Made by a program: the position numbers and the translations under genes. From contig JAEDES010000003.1 in assembly GCA_016293205.1 (NCBI GenBank), positions 5,777 through 69,776 of the forward strand: a DNA stretch of 64,000 nucleotides. The letters run 5' to 3'. Positions 1 through 8,376 of the stretch are shown here, one piece after another. Origin of the DNA: Bacilli bacterium (GTDB lineage Bacteria; Bacillota_I; Bacilli_A; RF39; UBA660). Numbering within the stretch: the stretch's first letter is position 1; the number at the start of each line of letters is the position of its first letter. Under the pieces are notes generated by a model. That model did not search any database, was not told the DNA's origin, and saw nothing but the letters and a program-made list of their open reading frames with translations.

Positions 1-524
1 TCTAAGGAGCTTGTTGGCTCATCACATAAAATAACCTTAGGATTATTTGCAAGTGCACGTGCTATACACACTCTTTGTCTTTCTCCCCCTGATAATTCTT
101 TCGGATAGTGATATAATCTATTTTTTAATCCAAATTTTTCTAATAACCTTTCAGCTTTTTGTTTTCTTTCATTTTTATCTATATCTTCGTTTATTAACAT
201 TGGTATTTCAACATTTTCTATTGCATTTAAATATTCATTTAAATCCACACTTTGAAATACATACCCTATTGCTTTATTTCTTATTTTGCATCTTTTATTA
301 TCATTTATATTTTTTGTATTAGCTCCGTCAAATATATAATTTCCATCTGTTGCATTTTCTAATAATCCCAATATATTAATCAAAGTGGTCTTTCCAGAAC
401 CACTTTGACCAAATATTGCATAAAGTTTATTTTCTTTAAAATTATAATTTACATCAACTAATACATCAATTACTTCTCCGTTTTTGTTAAATTTTTTTGA
501 AATTTTCTCGAGTTTCATTAACAT
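1..524 (-). CDS. ABC transporter ATP-binding protein (MacB/LolD/FtsE-like), 3' end cut by window edge
   Basis: Absent from the ORF track because it runs off the edge. My minus-strand translation gives MLMKLEKISKKF..., Walker A GQSGSGKTT, signature LSGGERQRVCIARAL and Walker B ILCDEP. A GAAAGGA RBS favours the ATG at 518 over 524. Confidence 0.85.
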   Translation of the reverse strand, partial: MLMKLEKISKKFNKNGEVIDVLVDVNYNFKENKLYAIFGQSGSGKTTLINILGLLENATDGNYIFDGANTKNINDNKRCKIRNKAIGYVFQSVDLNEYLNAIENVEIPMLINEDIDKNERKQKAERLLEKFGLKNRLYHYPKELSGGERQRVCIARALANNPKVILCDEPTSSL

Positions 525-560
525 ACGTCCTTTCAACTTTTACAAATGTATAGATGTAAA

Positions 561-962
561 TTAATAACTACCAACTGTCATAGTAGCATAAGTTGTACCA
601 GTATTACCAACTACTTTATATCTAAAACTTCCAGCATTAATATCAGTCCATGTTACTCTTGCTGATAAATTCGCATTAGTTAACTTAGTTGTTTTTGTAC
701 CTAAACTTTGCCAATAGCCAGCTGTTGATCTTTCTAATGTTGTATAGTGTCTTGTATATCCAGCACTTCCTTTTGAAATACTGCTAACAGCATATGTTGC
801 ATGAGCATTAGCATCTGTATAATCATATGTTCCAAAAGTTGAATTATATGTTGATGTTATTGCTAATGACCCAACAGTATAATTTGTTGCAGCATATACA
901 GCTACTGCAAAAACAAGCGATAATACAGTAGAAGTAGCCAATGCTTTAAATAAAGTCTTCAT
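561..962 (-). CDS. Small secreted protein of unknown function (Sec signal peptide, Cys-free, Thr/Ser/Tyr/Gly-rich, beta-rich)
   Basis: 133 aa. N-terminus MKTLFKALATSTVLSLVFAVAVYA|AT looks like a signal peptide with an AxA-type site. GGAGGAG RBS present. It lies 36 nt upstream of the ABC ATPase on the same strand. Confidence 0.6.
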   Translation of the reverse strand: MKTLFKALATSTVLSLVFAVAVYAATNYTVGSLAITSTYNSTFGTYDYTDANAHATYAVSSISKGSAGYTRHYTTLERSTAGYWQSLGTKTTKLTNANLSARVTWTDINAGSFRYKVVGNTGTTYATMTVGSY

Positions 963-995
963 AAAACTCCTCCTTTCCTCTTATATTTATGAAAA

Positions 996-1027
996 GTCAC
1001 TTTGCATAAATAAATTATGCTTGTGAC
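996..1027. promoter_or_regulatory. Imperfect palindrome (GTCACtttGCATAA-N4-TTATGCttGTGAC) in the leader of the 133-aa gene; candidate operator or 5' UTR hairpin
   Basis: Read directly from the sequence. The arms are GTCAC/GTGAC and GCATAA/TTATGC, about 30 nt upstream of the start codon. Confidence 0.4.
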
Positions 1028-1106
1028 ACTCATATCACTATATTTTTAGTACATTATTTTCTTGCCTATATTCTATCATTAATATTTTTATTAATCAATA
1101 TTTTTT

Positions 1107-2402
1107 TTACATTCCTATCTCAAAGTCATCTTTATTATCATAATCATCGTCTAATTCATTATATTTAGAAATACCATAATATCTTTTATAATCAACATAA
1201 TCAAATAATTCAGTTTCTTCAGATGTCCCAACAGATATATTAATTACATCTTTTTTATCAAAATAATTTTCATCATAATATTGCTTAATTTCACTTGTTG
1301 TAATATTTTTTATCATTTCGCTACCTAATTGTAGTAATTTTCTAAAAAATCTCTTAATGGTCATTAAAACGTCTTTTAACAAAACATTTAGCTCATTATT
1401 TTTTTCATTAAGTTCATAGTTTTTTATTTTTAAATTTTCAATTTCATTCTTATATAAATTATTTTCTCTTTTTATAGATTGATAGCTTCTCGTGTAACTA
1501 TCTACTTCTTTATACACTTTTTCAAGTTTTGGTTGTAAATTCATTACATTAGTAGCATTATCTATAACTTTATTAATACTTTCAAAAGTATCTTTTTTTA
1601 TTTTTACATACTCCTTATCAAAAAGGACATTTTTATTAGATTTAATCTTTTCTTTTAAATCATTTACTGATTCATCTAATTTTTGTGTCTTGTTATTTAA
1701 ATCTAAGTTAAGTTTTTTTGTTATTTTTTTTAATTCTTTAATATTTATATTCTCATTATCACTACCTTTAATACCTCTTTCTAAATCAAAGCCTTTTTCA
1801 GTTAGTCTTTGATGATATTTGTCTTGTAATTGAGATAAGTGATTTTTGTCTTTTATATATTGTTTTTTAGAAATTGTATATCTTTCCGTTTTAGTTCTGT
1901 TATCATATTTTTTTACAAGTGGAATTACAACACAATGAATATGTGGTGTCTTTTCATCGACATGAAGAGTTGAATGTAATATTTGTTCTTTAGTGTAACC
2001 TAAATCTTCATAAACAAATTCCATACAAGCATCTGCCCATCGCATTAATTCTTTATTACTCATATTATCAAAGAACTTATTTGATGCTGTAAATAATAAT
2101 TCATCAGCAACTACATTTCTTGAACTATCTACCATAACATTAAATTTTTTCTTTCTATCCTCTCTTTCTGTCTTTTGTTTCTCTAAATGCTCTTTTTGAT
2201 ATTCTTTCGTTATATTATAAAAACCTTTAACATATTTCTCTGCTAAAGGCACTAATTCAACATTATATTTACTCATTTCTAACTTTATATCAGGATTAGA
2301 TTTATAAGCCTGTTTTTCTCTTTTATTGTGCGTTCCAATTTGTTTTAAATCACTTAAAGTCATAATTGGTTGACTTCTAAATATTGCATAATTTAAATTC
2401 AT
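1107..2402 (-). mobile_element. mob: MobV-family (Mob/Pre) plasmid mobilisation relaxase
   Basis: 431 aa, colinear with pMV158 MobM-type relaxases: HNKRE (motif I), DELLFTAS, HVDEKTPHIHCVVIP (HxDE...PHxH motif III) and GFDLERG. The C-terminal half is Lys/Asn/Glu-rich and coiled-coil-like. Confidence 0.85.
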
Positions 2403-2514
2403 TTATCATCCTCTCTTTCTTTTTATATTACGAAAAAAGATACTTAACAATAAGCACCTCAAATCCTTGTATTTATTAATATTTGTAGTCATTTCTTAAT
2501 TTTTGGATTTTTCA

Positions 2515-2556
2515 TTATCCTCCATGACCTGCATCTACAATTACTTTTGTATTCAT
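2515..2556 (-). pseudogene. 13-codon relic of an N-acetylmuramoyl-L-alanine amidase (Amidase_3-type) gene start
   Basis: My translation is AGGTGA RBS, then ATG AAT ACA AAA GTA ATT GTA GAT GCA GGT CAT GGA GGA TAA, i.e. MNTKVIVDAGHGG*. (I/V)DAGHGG is the conserved N-terminal zinc-ligand motif of Amidase_3 enzymes and endolysins. The frame stops right after it. Confidence 0.55.
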
Positions 2557-2575
2557 ATAATCACCTAAAATAATA

Positions 2576-2601
2576 TATGAAAAAAGAACCAATTGGTTCT
2601 T
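2576..2601 (-). terminator. Rho-independent terminator after the acidic 68-aa gene
   Basis: Stem AAGAACC / GGTTCTT with loop AATT, followed on the minus strand by a T run. It overlaps the stop codon. Confidence 0.6.
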
Positions 2602-2807
2602 TATTTTTGTTTTGATTCAGCTTGAACTTCTACTTCTTTTTGTTCACCCATCATTTGTTCTAATTCAGATAATTTTTCTCTTGCATATTCTTGTGGAACT
2701 CCTGCAATAACATTTTCTAAATCTTCTTCAAACATTTCATCTTCTTCTATTACAACTTCTTCTAATAGTTGTTCTTCTGTATCTTTATTTTTATCAAATA
2801 ATTTCAT
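2601..2807 (-). CDS. Hyper-acidic small protein, unknown function
   Basis: ORF track gives 2601..2840. The internal ATG at 2807 (MKLFDKNKDTEEQ...) has a GGAGGT RBS and gives 68 aa that are very Glu-rich. Confidence 0.5.
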   Translation of the reverse strand: MKLFDKNKDTEEQLLEEVVIEEDEMFEEDLENVIAGVPQEYAREKLSELEQMMGEQKEVEVQAESKQK

Positions 2808-2863
2808 ATTTATACCTCCATTATATATAGAGTATATCATTATTTAATAATATTTGTCTAATT

Positions 2864-3799
2864 TTATAGCATGTCTTTCTTTTTTAGAATTAATGCTACT
2901 ATTAAGGCAATTACTAAAGATATACCTATTACTATTGGAAATGCGTGTTGATATTTTGTTATGTCTCCTAATGGAATGTTCATTCCTAAGAATGAAGAAA
3001 TCATTGTTGGAATACTCATTACGATTGTTGCAGCTGCTAAAAATTTCATAGCAATATTCATATTATTAGATACTATTGTTTCATATGTATCACTTATAGA
3101 GTTTAAGATATCTCTATAAATTCTACTCATTTCAATTGCTTGTTGTGTTTCGATTGCGGCATCTTCTAGTAAATCTAAGTCTCCTTCATATAATGGAAGG
3201 ATTGTACCTTTACTTAGTTTTTCAAGAACTATATCATTTGCTTTTAATGAAGTAATAAAATAAACTAATGTTTTTTCTATTTCTAAGACGTCTACTAAAT
3301 CTTTATTTTGAGTAGATTTTTTTAACACTTCTTCTTTTTGCTCAATTGCTCTATTTACTTTCTTTAATGCTTTTAGATACGCTAAAGCTGTTCTTAGTAA
3401 GATTAAAATTAAAAATCTTGTCTTTTTTGCTGTTCTAAATAATTTTACTTTATCTTGTTTAAAATCATCTAAAATAGATACTTTTTTAGGTGAAACTGTA
3501 ATTACATAATTATTATCAGTTATTATAATACCTAATGGATATGTTGCATATTCATATTCTTCTTCATAATATGGTGTATCTATTACTACTAACGTAGCAT
3601 TATTATCTTGTTCTACACGTGGAAGTTCTTCTACGTCTAGCATTTTCATTATTAATTCTTTATTAACTTGTGTTTTTTGAGCTACTTTATCAATTTCATC
3701 CATAGTCGGCGAAGTAAGATCTATCCAACAATCTGTTGTTATTTTTTTTAATTTCTTAATTTTTTTATCAACTGAATCAGTTTTAAATACTTTTAACAT
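2864..3799 (-). CDS. corA: CorA-family Mg2+/Co2+ transporter
   Basis: The GMN signature (FLGMNIPLG) sits between two C-terminal TM helices. ORF track start is 3826, but the ATG at 3799 (MLKVFKT) follows a GGAGTGAGG RBS and lies downstream of the promoter below. Confidence 0.85.
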   Translation of the reverse strand: MLKVFKTDSVDKKIKKLKKITTDCWIDLTSPTMDEIDKVAQKTQVNKELIMKMLDVEELPRVEQDNNATLVVIDTPYYEEEYEYATYPLGIIITDNNYVITVSPKKVSILDDFKQDKVKLFRTAKKTRFLILILLRTALAYLKALKKVNRAIEQKEEVLKKSTQNKDLVDVLEIEKTLVYFITSLKANDIVLEKLSKGTILPLYEGDLDLLEDAAIETQQAIEMSRIYRDILNSISDTYETIVSNNMNIAMKFLAAATIVMSIPTMISSFLGMNIPLGDITKYQHAFPIVIGISLVIALIVALILKKKDML

Positions 3800-3826
3800 A
3801 AACCTCACTCCTTTTCTCTCTCGCAT

Positions 3827-3854
3827 ATTATATCATATTTTGTTGATTTTGCAA
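3827..3854 (-). promoter_or_regulatory. SigA-type promoter for corA (TTGCAA-16-TGaTATAAT, extended -10)
   Basis: Reverse complement reads TTGCAAaatcaacaaaatatgaTATAAT. Confidence 0.6.
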
Positions 3855-3885
3855 ATAAAAAAGAAGTTCTGCTATTCAGAACTTC
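3854..3885 (-). terminator. Rho-independent terminator of htrA
   Basis: Minus strand reads GAAGTTCTG-aatag-CAGAACTTC followed by TTTTTT. The stem overlaps the last htrA codons. Confidence 0.7.
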
Positions 3886-4984
3886 CTAATACTACATCAG
3901 CTTTATTTTCTTTTCCATCTCTTATGTATGTAATTTCTACTCTATCTCCTGCATTATGTTGATATAATTCATAACGTAAGTATGCAATATCTTTTACTTT
4001 TTTACCTGCTAGAGCAGTAATTACATCACCTTTTTTAAGACCAGCTTGTTTAGCTCCACTACCGTCAGTAGTATCTACTACTACAACACCTTCTTTAATA
4101 TTTTTATCTACTAAAATACTATATCTATATAACATTGATGTATCTGTTACATTTAACATGTTAATTCCAAGTACAGGCCATTTAATTTCTTCTTTATTTT
4201 CTAGTGCTGAAGCATGACTCATGGCGTATTCAATTGGAATTGCAAATCCCATTCCTTCAATTTGGTCATCAACTAATTTTAATGAACAAATACCAATTAC
4301 TTCACCATTAACATTTAATAATGGACCACCACTATTCCCTGGGTTGATTGATGCATCTAATTGTAATACTCTCATTACCCAGTCATTACTTGATGATGAT
4401 ACACTTACTGTTACCATTCTTTCTTTTCCTGATAATATTCCAGATGTAACGCTTCCTCTATAGTCAAATCCCATAGGAGAACCTACTGTAAATACTGTAT
4501 CTCCTATTTTGGCATTTTCACTGTTACCAATATTTGCTACTTGTATAACTTCTGATTTAGGAATTCTTAATACCGCTAAATCTAAATATTCATCTCCACC
4601 AAGAATTTCTGCATCTACTGTTTTATCATTAGACATAACTAATTCAACTTTTTCAATATTTTTTATTACATGTTGATTTGTTAATAAATATCCATACTTG
4701 CTATCTACTTTATATACAAATCCAGTACCAGTTGATGCGATTGAGCCATTTTTATATCCTTGAATTAAAACTGTTGCATCATATATTTTTTCAACAGCAG
4801 GAGCTAAAGAATTTTTTTCATATACTTGAGTTTCATTCTTTGTAATTATAGTTCCTGTTGTATCTACTAAGTTACTTATTATTGGTGTGAATTTTAATAA
4901 TCCTAGTGTTATTACTCCACCCATAACAAATGCAAATATTACTAATAAAAATAATTTTAAATCATTTTTAATTTTTTTCTTCAT
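3872..4984 (-). CDS. htrA: HtrA/DegP-family membrane-anchored serine protease with C-terminal PDZ domain
   Basis: 370 aa with an N-terminal TM helix. Catalytic triad context is TNQHV, DLAVL and GNSGGPLLN. The tail is PDZ-like (GLKKGDVITALAG). Confidence 0.9.
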   Translation of the reverse strand: MKKKIKNDLKLFLLVIFAFVMGGVITLGLLKFTPIISNLVDTTGTIITKNETQVYEKNSLAPAVEKIYDATVLIQGYKNGSIASTGTGFVYKVDSKYGYLLTNQHVIKNIEKVELVMSNDKTVDAEILGGDEYLDLAVLRIPKSEVIQVANIGNSENAKIGDTVFTVGSPMGFDYRGSVTSGILSGKERMVTVSVSSSSNDWVMRVLQLDASINPGNSGGPLLNVNGEVIGICSLKLVDDQIEGMGFAIPIEYAMSHASALENKEEIKWPVLGINMLNVTDTSMLYRYSILVDKNIKEGVVVVDTTDGSGAKQAGLKKGDVITALAGKKVKDIAYLRYELYQHNAGDRVEITYIRDGKENKADVVLGSSE

Positions 4985-5937
4985 TAATTATCTATACTCC
5001 TTTCAATTTTTGCTAGGTCTTGCCAATTTAATGGGAATCCCATTCTATTTAATACTTTTTCTAATTTAATTGTATGTAGATTATAATCTAATGTTTGAAC
5101 AACATTTTCTAGTTCTAATGACATATTTTTGAAATCTTCTGCTTGAAGCATTTGTTTCATAATAATTATTAGTGCAAATAAGTCGTTTTTACCTTGAACA
5201 TATTCATTATCTACTTGTTTTAAATTTAACATTTTATGATAGATTGTATCATCAATTTCTTTTTGAGTCTTATTTTCATATAGAATATCTTCATGAGCAC
5301 AAAGATTACGATAGTTTGCAAGTATTGGTAAGTAAACAATAAAATTATCTACATCAATTCCATATACTTTTGCAATTTCTCTTTGATCTTCAGGTTTTAA
5401 AATAGAATACATCTCTCCTACTATTCCAAATGATAAAACCTTAACTAAAATCCAAAGTGGGATATATCCATAGTTTGATACATAGTGTAATGTTGCACTA
5501 TGTTGAGAACCATTTACTCTAATTTGTCTTTTCATTTTACTTATTAAATCATTAACTTGTCTTTGACGTGCTGGATCTTGATTAAAGTTTTTATTACGTA
5601 AGTAATCTCTTTCACGATATCCATACTTCTTAGATAATTGATATGATGTAATTGATTTTAAGTTATTTTCAATTACTAATAAGTATTTAAAAACAATTGT
5701 TCTGAATGAACGGTCAAATAAGAATAAACTATACATCTCTTCAAATGTAGTTCCTTCAAGGAACGTTCTATCATCTTTCATAAATAAATGACGATATCCG
5801 TTTAAGAAGAAATAATTTTCTCTTAATAGAATTTGCTTAGTATACTTTTCATCATTTATAGTCATCCCTTTATGTTTGAAGATTTCTACTTGCTCATCTA
5901 AGTTTTTAAATTGTTTTTCAACATGTTTCTCCATCAT
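4984..5937 (-). CDS. Abi_2 (AbiD/AbiF-like) abortive-infection family protein, HEPN-type
   Basis: 317 aa with the family-typical layout (N-terminal ...QILLRENYFFLNGY...). It has an Rx4H motif, YRNLCAHED. Its stop overlaps the htrA start (TAATG). Confidence 0.65.
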   Translation of the reverse strand: MMEKHVEKQFKNLDEQVEIFKHKGMTINDEKYTKQILLRENYFFLNGYRHLFMKDDRTFLEGTTFEEMYSLFLFDRSFRTIVFKYLLVIENNLKSITSYQLSKKYGYRERDYLRNKNFNQDPARQRQVNDLISKMKRQIRVNGSQHSATLHYVSNYGYIPLWILVKVLSFGIVGEMYSILKPEDQREIAKVYGIDVDNFIVYLPILANYRNLCAHEDILYENKTQKEIDDTIYHKMLNLKQVDNEYVQGKNDLFALIIIMKQMLQAEDFKNMSLELENVVQTLDYNLHTIKLEKVLNRMGFPLNWQDLAKIERSIDN

Positions 5938-6051
5938 ATTCTCACCTATTATAAATTATAACATATAAATAGAATAAAAGTATGAAAATTTGGTGAATTT
6001 ATATGTTATAATACAAATACATCTTTATTTGATGTTAGGAGGGGTTTTTAT

Positions 6052-7023
6052 ATGCCAGCAACAATAACACATGCTTATTTTGCACAAGATGTTTATGAAA
6101 TACTACCTAGTAAATTTAAAGATAAATTAGATTGTAGTAGAGTTAGAATGTTCGGCCAAAGTATGGATTCATTATACTTTTATAATTTGTTTTCTATATT
6201 ACCAGGAAAAAAAATAAGAGACTTGAATGCATATTTTCATAGAAATAAAACTCAAGAATATTTTATTAACTTAATTAATTATATTAAAGATAATGAATTA
6301 TATGATGATGAAGATGTTTGTTCTTATTTAGTTGGATTAATATGTCACTTTGTATTAGATTCAACTATTCATCCATATATTATATATAAAACAGGTATCT
6401 GTGATAAGAAAAAGAAATCTACTTATAAATATAAAAATATACATGAATTCATGGAAGTATTTTTAGATAATGATATGGTTAGAAGAAGAGAGAGAACAAA
6501 TCCTTATAAATTTAATATTGGAAAGTTTTGTTTTAATACTAAGAAGTTTTCTAATGAATTAAATGAAGCAATTGATTATAGTTTTGAAAGTACTTTTAAT
6601 ATTAGAAACATGGGGGATATTTACTATAAATCATTAAAACAAATGAAAATGGCTTTAAATTTATTTAGAAAAGATACATATGGATATAAAAGAATTATTT
6701 ATAAATTTATTGATAGTTTTACTAGTAAATCTTCTTTAAGATTAGAAAGTGTCAGCTATCATTATCCTTTAAAAGATAAACATAATTTTTTAAATAACAA
6801 TCATAAATTATGGAGAAATCCTACTACTTACGATTTAACTAGTACTGAGAGTTTTGTAGATCTATATTTAAAATCTATAAAGATAGCAAAGGTTATGATA
6901 TGTGCAAGTTTTGATTATATTGAAGGAAAAGAGATTGAATTAGAAAAGATAATTTTAAATAATAGTTATGTTCATGGATTAGATTGTAGTTTAGATAAAG
7001 AATTAAAATATTTTGAATTTTAA
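6052..7023 (+). CDS. Zinc-dependent phospholipase C-like family protein (no signal peptide)
   Basis: 323 aa. It has the N-terminal TH motif (MPATITHAYFA) and HFVLDSTIHPYI (HxxxD...HP), as in PLC/P1-nuclease-fold proteins of Firmicutes. GGAGGGG RBS present. Confidence 0.5.
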   Translation: MPATITHAYFAQDVYEILPSKFKDKLDCSRVRMFGQSMDSLYFYNLFSILPGKKIRDLNAYFHRNKTQEYFINLINYIKDNELYDDEDVCSYLVGLICHFVLDSTIHPYIIYKTGICDKKKKSTYKYKNIHEFMEVFLDNDMVRRRERTNPYKFNIGKFCFNTKKFSNELNEAIDYSFESTFNIRNMGDIYYKSLKQMKMALNLFRKDTYGYKRIIYKFIDSFTSKSSLRLESVSYHYPLKDKHNFLNNNHKLWRNPTTYDLTSTESFVDLYLKSIKIAKVMICASFDYIEGKEIELEKIILNNSYVHGLDCSLDKELKYFEF

Positions 7024-7077
7024 TTCTTTTTTTGTATAGTTATTTTTATTTTTACCATACTATTTTTAGGTGATTAT

Positions 7078-8133
7078 ATGTTTTATAGATATGAAATTAA
7101 AAATAATGGTAAAGAAAATATTTTATACTTATATTTAAATATGGCCTATGAATTTTCTAGAGAATTGGTACTTGATGTTAATCATGATGAGATTACTCGT
7201 AGAACTAAAAATTTTATTAAAAATAATAATATTAATTATGATGGTGATAAAGTATATTTAGTTATAGATGGAATCGTTGTTAAAACATTAGATATTAATA
7301 GTGTTAATGAACCTGAAGAAGTTAATACTGAACTTAGTTATAGTAATGATAAATTTCTTATTACTTTGAAACTTGATGATAATAAATTTATAGAAGTTAC
7401 TATGAGAGATTTTTTATTAGGTTCATTATCTAATAACATGATATTAGATATGGAAGAAGAAACTATTAAGTCTTTGGCAATTCTTTATAGAACATATGCA
7501 TATAAGGAGATGGAAGATAAAGGATATATTGATATGAATGATGGTATTTGTATGTATAAGCCTATTTCTTACTATAAGATGATTTGGATTGATAATTTTA
7601 ATTTAATTAAATCTAAATTAGATGAAGCAATTAATTATACGGATTGTATGTTTATTGTTTATAAAGATAAATATATTTTACCTTTTATACATCTTTGTAA
7701 TAATGGATTTACTTATGGACATAAGGATTATCCTTACTTAAAGAAATCTAAAAGTTTGTGGGATATAGGTTCTCCTTATTATATGGATATTAAAGATTTC
7801 AATTATGAACAATTTAATAATAATTTAAAGTGTAATATTACTAATGCTGATACTATAGAGATACTTGAGATAGATTATAAAGGCTTTGTAAAACGAATTA
7901 AGATTAAAGATAAGATTTATACTGGCGAAGAGTTTAAAAAGGCTCTAGGGCTTAATTCTCTTAATATTAGTATTATTATGAATAAACACTATATTAGAAT
8001 TATAAGTAGAGGCTTTGGTAATTGTTTAGGTCTTAGTATATATGGAGCGAATGAACTTGCTAAGAATGATTTAAATTATATAAGTATTTTATTCTATTAT
8101 TTTAATAATATAAAAATTAATAAATATGTATAA
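7078..8133 (+). CDS. SpoIID/LytB-domain protein with a novel N-terminal region and no signal peptide or TM helix
   Basis: 351 aa. SpoIID-like blocks are EEETIKSLAILYRTYAYKE (compare EALKAQAVAARTYA) and RGFGNCLGLSIYGANELAK (compare GHGVGMSQ.GA..MA). The first ~120 aa are hydrophilic. Confidence 0.6.
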   Translation: MFYRYEIKNNGKENILYLYLNMAYEFSRELVLDVNHDEITRRTKNFIKNNNINYDGDKVYLVIDGIVVKTLDINSVNEPEEVNTELSYSNDKFLITLKLDDNKFIEVTMRDFLLGSLSNNMILDMEEETIKSLAILYRTYAYKEMEDKGYIDMNDGICMYKPISYYKMIWIDNFNLIKSKLDEAINYTDCMFIVYKDKYILPFIHLCNNGFTYGHKDYPYLKKSKSLWDIGSPYYMDIKDFNYEQFNNNLKCNITNADTIEILEIDYKGFVKRIKIKDKIYTGEEFKKALGLNSLNISIIMNKHYIRIISRGFGNCLGLSIYGANELAKNDLNYISILFYYFNNIKINKYV

Positions 8134-8165
8134 AAAAAGAACTTCTATTGTGAAGTTCTTTTATT
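8132..8165. terminator. Bidirectional rho-independent terminator between the SpoIID-like gene and the T7SS-like operon
   Basis: AAGAACTTC-tattgt-GAAGTTCTT, flanked by an A run and a T run. Confidence 0.7.
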
Positions 8166-8375
8166 TGCTTCTGCTAATTTTGCTAAGGCTTTATCGGCAT
8201 CTCTATATAGTTCTAATGTAGTTTCTAAATATTTAATATATCTATCTACTACACTAACAAAGTTTTCTAATTCATATGATTCTTTATTTTCTATTAAAGT
8301 TGTCACTGTTGCATTACTTGCTTTTAATTGTTCAATACATTCTGATATTTGATCATATGTTAACTTTCCGATCAT
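8145..8375 (-). CDS. 76-aa all-helical small protein, WXG100-like in size and N-terminus but without WxG; candidate T7SS substrate
   Basis: Uses the internal ATG of the 115-aa track ORF (MIGKLTYDQISECIEQL...), with a GGAAGGTG RBS and 1 nt after the upstream stop. It contains a YxxxD motif (LELYRDAD). Confidence 0.5.
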   Translation of the reverse strand: MIGKLTYDQISECIEQLKASNATVTTLIENKESYELENFVSVVDRYIKYLETTLELYRDADKALAKLAEANKRTSQ

Positions 8376-8376
8376 C

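Noticed and set aside
47-322. 91-aa plus-strand ORF from the track
   Set aside because: It lies entirely antisense to the ABC ATPase gene, whose Walker A, signature and Walker B motifs I could translate. The product has F/L/I/Y-rich low-complexity composition typical of antisense frames in AT-rich DNA.
2601-2840. Acidic small protein read as a double-glycine-type bacteriocin leader (LENVIAG|V)
   Set aside because: The would-be core peptide after AG is strongly acidic and helical (VPQEYAREKLSELEQ...). No C39-peptidase ABC exporter or immunity gene is adjacent, and the AG context is weak.
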